A stretch of 64,000 nucleotides of DNA from Omnitrophica WOR_2 bacterium RIFOXYA2_FULL_38_17 (GCA_001805965.1 MHHG01000072.1:429-64428), one strand, 5' to 3'; counted from the stretch's first letter, positions 9,401 to 18,442 are shown. Numbers and translations: made by a program. The notes: a model not told the origin generated them from the sequence alone.

Positions 9401-12400
9401 TAGTGATACGTAATATTATTCTTGCTGCACCATATAAACAAAGCATTTGGAGTGGGTATCAAGGGAGAGATCTTCAGGAATTTGTTAAGATCGTTTCTCA
9501 GCAGGAATTGCCGGTCATAAAAGGTGACGGCTATGTTGTAGTTCCATCGCAGGTCAGCGAGATGATCGCCACGCTCTCGCAAGATAGCGATAGGATGATA
9601 GAGATCCTGGAGTTATTGAAAATTTTAACTGAAGAGGATACGGCCAACAGTTATGAATTTGAGATCAAGAAAACGGAAGCCTTTGCCGCCTTTGGAGCTG
9701 ATGCCGCTTCTGAAGGTACAGAAGGTCGCCAAACAAAATGGGGGAAAGAAATAGAATTCTTGACTTGGTTTAAAGAGGATGAGCCGACAGCTGAAATTAT
9801 ATCGACGCCATTCGGCCCTCAAAAGACCGAAAAAACGGTTACAGACACTATGCGTGCTTTCAGAGCGGAAAAAGTTGATTTTGATCGAATTTTTCGCGGG
9901 CAAGATATCTTTGCATCAAAACAGGATTTTGTGACAATGAAGAGCGCAAAAGTGGAGTTTTCTCAAGTCTCCCAAGTTGTTTTTACGAATATTTTTGTGA
10001 GGGATCAAGAAAAGCCCAGGATCGGTGAATATTTGGATTCATTGGGTAAAAGTGTAAGGAACCAGGAAGGGGCAAAATTTAGTTTATCAAATAAAGGCAC
10101 TGAAGATAAGGCAATGCTTAGCTTATCAAGCAAGATCGCTATTGAAGCATTAAGGAAATATCCTTTAGCAGAAATTGAAGGTATCAGCGAGTTTATGTTC
10201 GGTAATGATAAATATGTTGTCCGAAAGTATGACAGCGTGAATGGACCCCTACATATTTTGATAGAAAAGGACGGGAAGGATATTAAAAAATTCTGGGCGC
10301 TGGCTTTGCCTTTGGATGTTGAATCATGTCTGATAGATAAAGGAAGAGTGATCTTCAAGGAATCCGAAGGAAACAGGGAGGTCTATGTGGATCTTTTTGA
10401 TCCGGAAGGGGGCTTCCTGGTGAGCTTGAATGTTGAACCAGAAAAGAAGAAAGAGTGGTTAGTGAAACTGGAAAGCAGCTATGCTCAATTGCTCGAGCTT
10501 GTTCCTGATGATGTCATCGAAGGAAATCATTCAGAGTTCAAAGATATTTTCACACGTCTCAATGCGCTCATAAAAGAAAGGGCTGTTTATATTATAGAGG
10601 GTGGTGTAACGCCAGGCCAACAGGTCGCTGCCATTGATGCACTGGTTGATGAGGTGTCCAATGATCTTATTCGGATCGGCGCTACTGTAAAGGAAATGTG
10701 GGAAAATTTCGGGGATGAGAATATATTGCCCCTAAAAGCTCATGAGAGGGGAAGTTTCTTCACGCAGTTCATCAAGGTTCTTGTGCAGGCCGCGACGCTG
10801 GGCCAGTTGGGAGAAAAAGAGGATCTTGAGCAGATGGTTCGGATTATGGGACACGGATTTGTAGTTAAAAGCTCCGCTGATATTGAATCCGCTAAGGCTA
10901 TCGACAGGTTGGTTCAGGCGCTCAGGAAAAAGAATATGAAGGACTTCCCGGAATTATCTAAGATCGTGACGACGCTTCAGCTGACCTTGCGTAAAAGGGA
11001 TGCCGGGGCTGCGGGCCATTTGATAGATAAGATCAATATGATCCTCAATAGTGAGGAGTCGGGAAAATATCTGGAATTGATCTATAAAGAGTTTCAGAGT
11101 GCGGAGTGGATTAAAATAAATAGTGAGATAAGCGCGGGAAAATTTCAGGATCTTGATCGACTGGGGCGGTTGCTGATATTTCTGTCAAGCCGTTCGGACC
11201 TTGTTGCGGAAGATATGAGAAGTGAAGAAGATGATATGAATTGGGCAGTTGTTCCCGAACCTATGGGATTGGAGCAGCTTGATGTGTGGAGCTCATCGAA
11301 AAGCGGAGTCAGGACGGTCGATGAAGTTGTCCAAAAGCAGTCACAGATAAGGGCTTTGGACAATGAGGCTGTTGAGCGAGTTCGCCAGAATATACGATCG
11401 AAGGTCGAAGGATTAAGAGAGTCCGGTGGATATGCGGCTGAATTGATGCAGAATTTTCTGGATGCGATGGTACTGCTGAGGCAGGGCAAGACCGAACAAA
11501 AAGGAAAGCTCCAGGTAAAGTTCTATTATGATAAGGAAAGAGATGAATTTGTTGAAGAGATCAATGACAATGGTCCGGGAGCGCCTGTTGGAAAAGAGCT
11601 GGCGCTTCTTATCAGGAAATCGAACAAGTATGAATTGAACAAGGATCAGCAGGGCCTTGAAGGTCAGTTGGCGGGATTCTTTGGAACGGGTAAATTTACC
11701 ATGTATGCCGGCGCTGATAAAGTTGAGATAATTTCCCGGGGTGAAGAGAATGTCTATGTGTTCGTTCTTAAGGTTGACCGCAAGAACGGAAAGGTCTTTT
11801 TGGAAAAAGTAGGCCAGCGCCAGAGGCGTGAAGGGGAAGAAACAGGCGTGATGATCCGGAGGATCAAGGAAGCTGTATCTATTATTCCATCACTTGAGCA
11901 GATGTTTGCCGAATCTGCCTGGAAAATAAATGCGGGGTTTGCGGTAACGGATAAGGACAGCCTTGATATGGAGATCAATCATGCGATCCATCCGGTTGAA
12001 GTGGCAGGGCGCAAGGCGCTTTATCAGGGAGCATTTTATGCGCCCAATTTATCGACATCCGAAGAACATGGTGAGGAGCGTATAGATCATGGCATATTCA
12101 GGATATGGGAGCATAATGATCCCGAAGTTCCTTCACAGATTGTTGATAAGAAAGGCCTGCGCGTTGAGGATATCGCCCTTAAAGAAAAATTCCTCGAACT
12201 GGTCCCGCAGAGAATGCGTGATATGTTGGATAAAATGCATATAGTTATACAGATACCTCTAGCTCTTTATGAAAGCCGCAATGGATTTGCCCAGGAGGAT
12301 GAATATCTGCCCTTTATTCAAAGGCAGGTCGCTGTTGGGGTGTACCGGGCGCTGGTTAGCAAGTTTCTCTCGGATGAAAGCTTTACTATGGACAGGATCA

Positions 12401-13482
12401 TATCGAGCGATTTTGAAACGGGAATGACATACAATATGGCTTTTAACAGGCAGGCAAATGATCTTTATGTCGGAGAACGTCATTTATTTGATATTGTTAA
12501 AGACCTTAATTCTGAGCTGTCTGATCCAAGGCTGGGGGCAGTTACTAACGGGGAATTGGATGTTCTTAAAGGATGGTTTGATGGGGAGGGAACTGATCTC
12601 GAGAAGGGTTCAATAAAACAATTTTTATCTTTATTGGAGGTTGATTATCTGAATATGGAAAGCATTACTGAACGGGCGAGTATTGTAATGCGGAGAATTA
12701 AGGCGCTCAAGGATGTCGCGCCGCAATTAGCGGAGAATCTCGCTGGCAATACGGGGCGTTCCGTTGAAGATGCGGATAAGCTTAAGGACCGCTATTCTAA
12801 CGAGAGAAAAGCTCAGGCAGCTAGAAGTAAGGTGATTTCTGAAAACTCTCCTTCCTATTGGAGGGAGGCCCCGGTGACTGAAGAAGAAAGAGACCTCTTG
12901 AGGATCGGTGAGGAATTTTCAGCGATATTCGGGATCGAACAGGTTTGGTTAGCCAAAAGCGATGCGCCTTTCAGCGGTTTGTTCTTCGGGAGCGGAATGA
13001 TGCTGAATAAAAGCATTGCGGGGAAAATAGCATCTGAAGGTGGATTTTCTGAAAAGGTCGAAGTGATAGCGCATGAATTAGGGCATTTATTGCAGGCTGC
13101 AAAGCGTTCTGCCGGCAGGGTCGAAATGGTTGCTACCGAACAGCATGGTTTTAATGATTGGACCCATGATGATGAGTTCTCCGAAATGATGAAATGGGTC
13201 TCGTTCTTTATTCTATCAAAACAGTCTCCCGCAGCTAATCAAGCTGATCGGGGTAATACAGATACTACTGTAGAACAAGTAGAATCAGCCCCTGGTGGTA
13301 TCGATTTTAATACGCAGATGTTGAACCTTGAAAATACCGGTAAGCAGTTTCAGTACGATGTTCCGCAATTGTCACCTGAGCAAATGGAATATCTCTCTAT
13401 TGATGGATTGGTCCCGGTTATCATAAATATTTCTCCGGTTACAAACTTGCCGCTGCTTTTGGGATATAATATTGAGGAATAA
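6478..13482 (+). CDS. giant secreted multidomain protein (2334 aa): signal peptide, conserved N-module, two HSP90/sacsin-like GHKL segments, HExxH zincin motif, conserved C-module
   Basis: Single uninterrupted ORF. N-terminal hydrophobic segment ...LLVSFIFFTATVCPAQVFAQA is signal-peptide-like. At ~11440-11830, ELMQNFLDA (N box), EINDNGPGA (G1 box DxGxG), GFFGTGKFTMY (G2 box) and KVEIISRGEENVYVF sit in canonical HSP90/GHKL order and spacing. Degenerate copy at ~8150-8350 (IIEAVANSVDA..IGQFGMGVKQ). HELGH at 13072-13086. N- and C-terminal modules are shared with the 911-aa ORF at 46492..49227. Confidence 0.85.
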   Translation: MLFRYYLTKNKTFSGYVNKSICLLVSFIFFTATVCPAQVFAQAVLTLPAPGTMVPTSPVHNPAMILGMTINMDNPFQFDFLVDSGDENLEDDAFRKETGKLIKYFLTALTVPEEEMWVNLSPYEKDRIIADGLGGTEMGRDMLAQDYLLKQLSASLMYPENDLGAEFWEDVYEKMGDEYGTKDIPVDTFNKIWIVPERAEVYVNGESVYIVDSHLKVMLDEDYLALEANKNTIGHGLGDIKEEDLKQHSKVSTDAIRKILIPAIEKEVNEGQTFASLRQIYNSLILAAWFKQNLKSSILGQIYVDRSKLNGVDIDDKDAKIRIYEQYLRAFKKGVFDLVKDEYDSSTQTVISRKYFSGGENFANIAQVVQNTGSDSSMLSFMRKIVGRTIRSVTTIVKRASPKRLPDGEEQESEELLGQLNEILQKAVKDRADPGDFEKKQEDLQEYQPPQAPEVSFEEIPLPEGIHTFDLITFLQAQKRLKSLSAEDLGALMVSMGILDEGQTLTRDDIDQQYDIIYKHLAKEGYSEELVSLIKGEDDPDVALDRTVSYQSGSSKMQSIIEAVANSVDALGGSIGQFGMGVKQILAWLEDGERLEVVSKKIDDVPYRLIISKQAGKFNIAIDAISSDDFTRALGGVKSEKGTVINVVKKRDVPTEGDGITLERLEKMVHKRFAFVKWLNLWTRGGNAALKFVNGWERRRVLAGLQNLTHENIEESGAGRGEKMIIVSLESRALRIMDTGVGMDFQVLSRMFLPVDGGDKENKSLDSEEDINAEIERTSMVHDWQGPVTSVVFARNGEMVMEVPLSEEISGSILKGQLMVDLGRLIRVSPSRDKIVLQRNQDEEPLKRGFVHLAQEVIQGNISDQEKIQIINTLIGGLEGIAPGNKSVSDIIDGVKIALKKETKAFVTKLKSKGIILLPLRGGYDNFRIPEGRTVAFLNENLFDWRGSELKQLKENMGAKVLPLVLEGKDPDTGIVIRNIILAAPYKQSIWSGYQGRDLQEFVKIVSQQELPVIKGDGYVVVPSQVSEMIATLSQDSDRMIEILELLKILTEEDTANSYEFEIKKTEAFAAFGADAASEGTEGRQTKWGKEIEFLTWFKEDEPTAEIISTPFGPQKTEKTVTDTMRAFRAEKVDFDRIFRGQDIFASKQDFVTMKSAKVEFSQVSQVVFTNIFVRDQEKPRIGEYLDSLGKSVRNQEGAKFSLSNKGTEDKAMLSLSSKIAIEALRKYPLAEIEGISEFMFGNDKYVVRKYDSVNGPLHILIEKDGKDIKKFWALALPLDVESCLIDKGRVIFKESEGNREVYVDLFDPEGGFLVSLNVEPEKKKEWLVKLESSYAQLLELVPDDVIEGNHSEFKDIFTRLNALIKERAVYIIEGGVTPGQQVAAIDALVDEVSNDLIRIGATVKEMWENFGDENILPLKAHERGSFFTQFIKVLVQAATLGQLGEKEDLEQMVRIMGHGFVVKSSADIESAKAIDRLVQALRKKNMKDFPELSKIVTTLQLTLRKRDAGAAGHLIDKINMILNSEESGKYLELIYKEFQSAEWIKINSEISAGKFQDLDRLGRLLIFLSSRSDLVAEDMRSEEDDMNWAVVPEPMGLEQLDVWSSSKSGVRTVDEVVQKQSQIRALDNEAVERVRQNIRSKVEGLRESGGYAAELMQNFLDAMVLLRQGKTEQKGKLQVKFYYDKERDEFVEEINDNGPGAPVGKELALLIRKSNKYELNKDQQGLEGQLAGFFGTGKFTMYAGADKVEIISRGEENVYVFVLKVDRKNGKVFLEKVGQRQRREGEETGVMIRRIKEAVSIIPSLEQMFAESAWKINAGFAVTDKDSLDMEINHAIHPVEVAGRKALYQGAFYAPNLSTSEEHGEERIDHGIFRIWEHNDPEVPSQIVDKKGLRVEDIALKEKFLELVPQRMRDMLDKMHIVIQIPLALYESRNGFAQEDEYLPFIQRQVAVGVYRALVSKFLSDESFTMDRIISSDFETGMTYNMAFNRQANDLYVGERHLFDIVKDLNSELSDPRLGAVTNGELDVLKGWFDGEGTDLEKGSIKQFLSLLEVDYLNMESITERASIVMRRIKALKDVAPQLAENLAGNTGRSVEDADKLKDRYSNERKAQAARSKVISENSPSYWREAPVTEEERDLLRIGEEFSAIFGIEQVWLAKSDAPFSGLFFGSGMMLNKSIAGKIASEGGFSEKVEVIAHELGHLLQAAKRSAGRVEMVATEQHGFNDWTHDDEFSEMMKWVSFFILSKQSPAANQADRGNTDTTVEQVESAPGGIDFNTQMLNLENTGKQFQYDVPQLSPEQMEYLSIDGLVPVIINISPVTNLPLLLGYNIEE

Positions 13483-13575
13483 GCAAAGGTAACAGCTTAA
13501 AAGGTAATAATGACATAGGTGTATGTTTAATATCCAAAAATATTTAATTCTTCTAATTTCATAGATTTAATTTGA

Positions 13576-13584
13576 TGGTATACT
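13576..13584 (+). promoter_or_regulatory. extended -10 promoter element (TGGTATACT) upstream of 13608 gene
   Basis: TGn-TATACT lies 24 nt upstream of ATG and is followed by AAGGAGG RBS at 13593-13599. A possible weak -35 TTTCAT sits 16 nt upstream. Confidence 0.4.
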
Positions 13585-13607
13585 GAAAAAAAAGGAGGCA
13601 AAAAATA

Positions 13608-14117
13608 ATGAATGAGAATAAAAAGAATATACCGCTTATTGTTTCATTATCAATTCCCGTGTTAATGATCGCTCTGGTCGCTATTAGTATTTATGTCCCG
13701 ACAATATTCGTTAAACCTAAAATGGATTTTGTTTATAGTATTGGAAGAGACTATTGCTATCTGCAAAAATATTCGGTACAAAATAGTAAGATTGTTGAAA
13801 ATGAAATAAAAGAGGCTAAGGATCCGAATTATTGCCATAATAATAGCCGAGAACCAAAGCTTTATTATTATGATGTTGAGAAGGATTCTACAAAACAAAT
13901 CACTTTTGAAGAAGCTTCAAAATATATCTTAGATAGTAGTTACAGTTCTGAGGATGGATTTTCAGTGGTTTCAGGCAGCGGCCATTCTGACCTGTTTTTC
14001 TACAATGGATCATCTTATTATAAGAAATATATTAAAAAAGGGGCTTTTAGCAAAAAGCTTAATATTGGAGCAGATTATTATTATGATTTTAATTTCTTAG
14101 GTTGGGTGAAGGGGTAA
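13608..14117 (+). CDS. hypothetical N-terminally membrane-anchored protein (169 aa)
   Basis: Strong RBS. One N-terminal TM helix (IPLIVSLSIPVLMIALVAISIYV), then a Tyr/Ser-rich extracytoplasmic domain. No known family. Confidence 0.5.
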   Translation: MNENKKNIPLIVSLSIPVLMIALVAISIYVPTIFVKPKMDFVYSIGRDYCYLQKYSVQNSKIVENEIKEAKDPNYCHNNSREPKLYYYDVEKDSTKQITFEEASKYILDSSYSSEDGFSVVSGSGHSDLFFYNGSSYYKKYIKKGAFSKKLNIGADYYYDFNFLGWVKG

Positions 14118-14120
14118 ATC

Positions 14121-15095
14121 ATGAATAAAGAAAATATTTTAAAAAGTGTAGAGACCCTTGTTAAAGAAGGACAATTGACTAAAGAAGAACTGCTGGGCGT
14201 GTATGATAGGTCTATCAGCACAGATAAGCAGGAAACTTTAAATAAGCAATCCCGCATATCAAATATTCTTTATTATATAGGAGGAGGCATTGTTTTTTTA
14301 GGTGTTTGCATTTTCATTGGTACGAACTGGTCAGAATTAAATGATCTTACGAAGATCATTGCGACACTAGGAACGTCGGTCATGATGTATTATTCGGGTG
14401 TCCTGTTGACGCGTTATAAGAATTTGGAGAGGATATGTGACGCTTTTTATTTTCTTGCTGCTTTGGTAGCCCCTTTAGGTATTTTTGTGACAATGGATAT
14501 TGCGGGCATTGATACTGGCACAGCAGGATGTCATACTGTTATTGCGGCTATTTTGCTGGTTGTTAATCTTGTTTCTTATAATATTGACAAAAGAAACGTA
14601 TTTTTTGTTTTCAGCGTTATCTTTGGGTCATGGTTATTTTTTAGCTTAACAATATTTATGATAGGAGGAAGGCCATTTAGCGACTGGAATTTTGTCAAAT
14701 ATAGATGGTTAGTTGCGGGTTTATCACATATGATTTTGGGCTATGCTTTAAGAGATACCGATAAAAAAGGTCTAACGCGTTATCTTTATGGCTTTGGGGT
14801 TGTTGAATTTTTAACAGCTGCGCTTTGCTTGGGCGGCTATACTCCTAATCAAAATGTATTTTGGGAGCTAATATTCCCAGGATTGACTTTTGGTATAATT
14901 TTCCTAAGTGTTTATTTAAGGTCAAGGTCGTTTCTTATCTTTGGGACCCTGTATTTGATGTTTTATCTTTTTAAGATTACCGGAGAATATTTTACGAGCG
15001 GATTTGGATGGGCATTTTCATTGATTATTGTTGGTTTTGCATTGATGGGGATAGGCTATTTTGCATTTTATTTGAACAAGAAATATATCAGTTAA
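14121..15095 (+). CDS. hypothetical polytopic membrane protein (324 aa, ~8 TM)
   Basis: Start codon 3 nt after the previous stop (translationally coupled). ~45-aa soluble N-terminus followed by multiple hydrophobic helices. Confidence 0.5.
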   Translation: MNKENILKSVETLVKEGQLTKEELLGVYDRSISTDKQETLNKQSRISNILYYIGGGIVFLGVCIFIGTNWSELNDLTKIIATLGTSVMMYYSGVLLTRYKNLERICDAFYFLAALVAPLGIFVTMDIAGIDTGTAGCHTVIAAILLVVNLVSYNIDKRNVFFVFSVIFGSWLFFSLTIFMIGGRPFSDWNFVKYRWLVAGLSHMILGYALRDTDKKGLTRYLYGFGVVEFLTAALCLGGYTPNQNVFWELIFPGLTFGIIFLSVYLRSRSFLIFGTLYLMFYLFKITGEYFTSGFGWAFSLIIVGFALMGIGYFAFYLNKKYIS

Positions 15096-15213
15096 ATATT
15101 ATTATATTGAAACTTCAAAAGGTCTTTTAAATATAAGATATTAATGTACAGCAAGGTTTTCATGATTGCATATTTTAAAAAAGCTACATTTTGAAGAATA
15201 TATTAGTAAAAAA

Positions 15214-15242
15214 GGGCAATAAGATTCCTTATTGCCCTTTTT
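15214..15242 (+). terminator. rho-independent terminator
   Basis: Perfect 10-bp stem GGGCAATAAG / CTTATTGCCC with 4-nt loop ATTC, followed by TTTTT. It is flanked by A-run upstream, so could act in both directions. Confidence 0.7.
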
Positions 15243-15757
15243 ATTTAAAAAGCAATAAGCATAGATTTGAAGAACTGGTAACTATTTTTAGGCGCTTGAA
15301 TGAAAGTCAGTATCTCTTCTGTGTAAATGATGGTGTTTAGCCATATAAATACCATTAATTTTAGCTATTTTTAATTGTTTTTTTTATTGGAAATGTTATT
15401 ATTAATTACTAAGACAATTTTAAAGGAGGAGAAGTTCTCGGAATAATTTCATCTGTTTTTGATGATTATCAGATTTAAAATAATTTTTAAAACTGACGGG
15501 AAAAGAAAGTTTAACGTATTTTGGTATTTAGTTGTTGGACCTCTTTCAAGGGGGTTTGGTGGCTTTGCCGGGATACGTTTTTTTGTATCTTTTTAATGCA
15601 GAAAGGAGGCAATAAAAGAGATAATTGTCAGGTTTCTTTTAATTAGGTGGTGAAGGCAGGCTTCAAATATTGGCAGCTAATTTATTTTAAGAATTTTTAA
15701 AAGGTTAAATGTTGTCATGGCCTTTTTAAGGCCAAGAAAAAATGTTTTTAACAAATA

Positions 15758-16153
15758 ATGTTTATGAAAAAGGATTTAATAATGTTTAAAAAATTATGTT
15801 TCGCAATGATGCTATTAAGTTTTGTTTGTTCTTTTACAAATGTGTCTTCAGCCCAGGAAATGGATCAGTTTGATATCTCTTTTGGGACCATAGTTTCTGT
15901 TAGTGATAGTGAAGTTGTGATAAATGAAGAGGATTTAGAGACAGAGGAAGTAAGCCAAGCCGCATTTGTTACTGATCCGGGAATGATACTTGAGAACTTT
16001 GAAACGCTTGATGAGCTGACAGTGGGCACTTTTGTTGAGATATTTTATGAGCTTAAAGATAATTCAAAAGTTATAAACAGTATTACAATTACGAGTAAAG
16101 AAGAACTTGAAAAAGAAATGAATGAAACTGAACTTGAAATGGATGAAGAATAA
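15758..16153 (+). CDS. small secreted acidic protein (131 aa); true start may be Met at 15782
   Basis: Signal-peptide-like MFKKLCFAMMLLSFVCSFTNVSSA-QE, then a highly acidic mature region (EEDLETEE..., ELEMDEE). No family recognised. Confidence 0.45.
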   Translation: MFMKKDLIMFKKLCFAMMLLSFVCSFTNVSSAQEMDQFDISFGTIVSVSDSEVVINEEDLETEEVSQAAFVTDPGMILENFETLDELTVGTFVEIFYELKDNSKVINSITITSKEELEKEMNETELEMDEE

Positions 16154-16338
16154 TATGCCAAATAAAAAGAGATTCGATGATTATGTTATCAAGCACAATG
16201 AAGGTGTAAAAGAAAAATGGCAGGACAAGATGAGAACAAAGCAAATAAGAAAGCAAAGAAGACAAAAAGTAAGTGGCGCAAGAATCATTGAGTAGGATTT
16301 GTTGTGTTTAAATGATTGTTAGAATTTCATTGAAAAAA

Positions 16339-16369
16339 GGGGTAGCGGATTTATTATGCTACCCCTTTT
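16339..16369. terminator. bidirectional hairpin terminator between convergent genes
   Basis: GGGGTAGC ... GCTACCCC 8-bp stem with T-run downstream and A-run upstream. It lies between the + gene ending at 16153 and the - gene ending at 16412. Confidence 0.55.
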
Positions 16370-16411
16370 CATTTTAGATTTTCTAGCATTACAATTTCAT
16401 AAGCCAGCTAT

Positions 16412-17674
16412 TTATAATAAATTATTAATTATGATCTCACCAAGGTTTTCTGCTATTAGCTTGTTGCCTTTTGCCGTACAATGTCCAAAATCTCCACCAA
16501 AAATATCCACAAAATATTCGTCATAGCCATCTTTTGCTACAGCATCTTTAAATAGTTCTTCATTGTCCACGAAGATAGCGCCATTTTGATTATAAAATAA
16601 TCTTCTTAAATTGTTAACATCTCGCATTGGATATTGCATGCATATGAGCTTGATGTTTTTGTCTGTTACAGAGTCTTTAAGCTTATTGTAGTTGAGTTTC
16701 GTTGTAGCAAAATAGTTCTTTGACCGCAATTTCTGGGTCTTTTTAAAGTATATTCTTGCTGAGTTACTTTGGTTTTTAGCCATGTGTACAAGTGCTAAAA
16801 GCCCATATGAATTTGCGTCATTAATTGAGTATTTTATTGCTAATTTCAGGGTTTGTTCTGCTTTGTCGTATTCTTTCTTATCCCAAAAACATTTTGCCAG
16901 TTCACTATAAGCTAAGCCATTATTTTTGTTTTCAGAGATAGCTTGGCTTAAGATTTCTTCAGCTTTCAGCAAGTCTCCGGTCTTTCGGTAATGATGGCTT
17001 AAAGTTAAATATGCTTCATTTCTATCAAGGTTTTTAGTCCGCTTTTCATTATCTTTTAGGTTCTCTGCTTCCTCCTGCTTTACTTGCATGGTAATTATAT
17101 TTGAGGCATTATTTAGCTTTTGCTGGTAATTATCACGACCTGATAACTCACTGATGTTCTCACTTATTTTTGGCAATTCAGCTGAAGGATTTTGTAGATT
17201 CTCTGAGATATGAAGAAAAATTAATGCGAAGAGTTTATAGGCTCTGAAAGATTTGAATAAATCTAGAATATTGTGATCAATAATTTCTCCAGTATCGTTA
17301 ATTCCCATCATTGTGATTACCAGATCAGGATTATATTTGTTTAAGTTGTCTTCCAAGCTTGCAATGATCATTGTTGTATTACCAGCTATTATTCCTTCAT
17401 TTATTACAGTAAATCTTGTTCCTAAGTTTTTCTCATTTAAAAATCTTTCAAGTTGGTAAGGATAGCTGTTATTGCTACCCATTGCAGTGGTAGACTCTCC
17501 TAGGCATAAGATGCGATAATCTTGATTCTTGGCTGCGGATATTTTATTTCTGTGTTTCTGGAGCGATGATAAAATCAGCCCACCTGTTCTTAGGCCGATT
17601 TCCAATAAAGAAAAGCATAAGAAAAGGCCAAACATGATCAAAAGAATTTTTTGTTTTGTGGATGTTTTGTGCAT
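16412..17674 (-). CDS. SGNH/GDSL-family hydrolase with inserted TPR repeats, N-terminal membrane anchor
   Basis: Block I GESTT (GDSxT-like Ser), block III GINDT, C-terminal DFGH (catalytic DxxH). Central TPR-like helices (AYLTLSHHYRKTGDLLKAEEIL..., AYSELAKCFWDKKEYDKAEQTL...). N-terminal TM helix. Confidence 0.6.
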   Translation of the reverse strand: MHKTSTKQKILLIMFGLFLCFSLLEIGLRTGGLILSSLQKHRNKISAAKNQDYRILCLGESTTAMGSNNSYPYQLERFLNEKNLGTRFTVINEGIIAGNTTMIIASLEDNLNKYNPDLVITMMGINDTGEIIDHNILDLFKSFRAYKLFALIFLHISENLQNPSAELPKISENISELSGRDNYQQKLNNASNIITMQVKQEEAENLKDNEKRTKNLDRNEAYLTLSHHYRKTGDLLKAEEILSQAISENKNNGLAYSELAKCFWDKKEYDKAEQTLKLAIKYSINDANSYGLLALVHMAKNQSNSARIYFKKTQKLRSKNYFATTKLNYNKLKDSVTDKNIKLICMQYPMRDVNNLRRLFYNQNGAIFVDNEELFKDAVAKDGYDEYFVDIFGGDFGHCTAKGNKLIAENLGEIIINNLL

Positions 17675-17861
17675 TTATTTATGTGTTTAGTTTTTTTAGT
17701 CTTCTTAATAGTATATTCTGACCGAAGCATAAGGCTATAAAAATTATAAACATTTTTCATTATGAAGATAATGTTTGGCAGTATACTATAAGGCGAAATA
17801 GGAAGAAACGATCTGGGGGATTATGTTAATTCCAGAGTAATAATTTTGAAAGGAGAAAAGG

Positions 17862-18287
17862 ATGAAAAGAGTGGTCATATCAACGGTTATTTCTGCTTTA
17901 TTGTTTACAGGTATTGCAATAGCTGATAATAATGTTGAAAAAATAAACAACAGTCAGGCAGATATAGCGCTGAAGTGGGTTAATTTAATTGATGAAGAGG
18001 CTTATGATAAAAGCTGGGATGAGGCCGCAGCTTTCTTCAAACAAGCAGTTGTCAAAGATCTGTGGGTTGAAACGGTCGAAAAGGTAAGGGTCCCATTTGG
18101 TAAGGTTCTTAAAAGAGATCTAATCGACAGTCAGTATTTGACTTCACTTCCTGGTGTGCCTGATGGGGAGTATATGGTCATGCAATTTGCAGCTGAATTT
18201 GAAAAGAAGGAAAAAGCGATTGAAACAATAACTGTAATGCTGGATGAAGATGGAGAATGGAGAGTTGCAGGATATTATATTAATTAA
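17862..18287 (+). CDS. small secreted protein (141 aa), DUF4019-like
   Basis: RBS GGAGAAAAGG precedes ATG. Signal peptide MKRVVISTVISALLFTGIAIA. Size and composition match small periplasmic DUF proteins. Family assignment is from memory only. Confidence 0.45.
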   Translation: MKRVVISTVISALLFTGIAIADNNVEKINNSQADIALKWVNLIDEEAYDKSWDEAAAFFKQAVVKDLWVETVEKVRVPFGKVLKRDLIDSQYLTSLPGVPDGEYMVMQFAAEFEKKEKAIETITVMLDEDGEWRVAGYYIN

Positions 18288-18406
18288 AAGAAATCTTCCT
18301 TTGATCAATTCTGTTATAAAGAGCCGGTTGTAATGTGATATGGTGAATGTTCTTTTGTGAAAAAGTGGAGTTTGTTTTAATTATTTTTCTGCTAGAAAAG
18401 AAAATT

Positions 18407-18435
18407 TTGCTATAAATGCTTAAATGTTCTATATT
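18407..18435 (+). promoter_or_regulatory. sigma70-like promoter (TTGCTA-17 nt-TATATT) with no ORF downstream
   Basis: -35 TTGCTA (18407-18412), 17-nt spacer, -10 TATATT (18430-18435). No substantial ORF follows, and a terminator lies at 18556-18583. Confidence 0.35.
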
Positions 18436-18442
18436 TAGTATA

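Noticed and set aside
7143-12483. Numerous 60-150-aa minus-strand ORFs inside the giant gene (e.g. 7143..7361, 8295..8687, 9136..9582, 11145..11489)
   Set aside because: All are antisense to a continuous 7-kb coding frame with strong domain content. They have no RBS or conserved motifs. Typical shadow ORFs.
15100-15757. 650-bp AT-rich gap as a possible missed gene or RNA
   Set aside because: Only feature found is the strong terminator at 15214-15242. An AAGGAGG-like box at ~15424 has no start codon within range. There is a short hairpin at ~15716-15730 without a T-run. No ORF of 40 codons or more.
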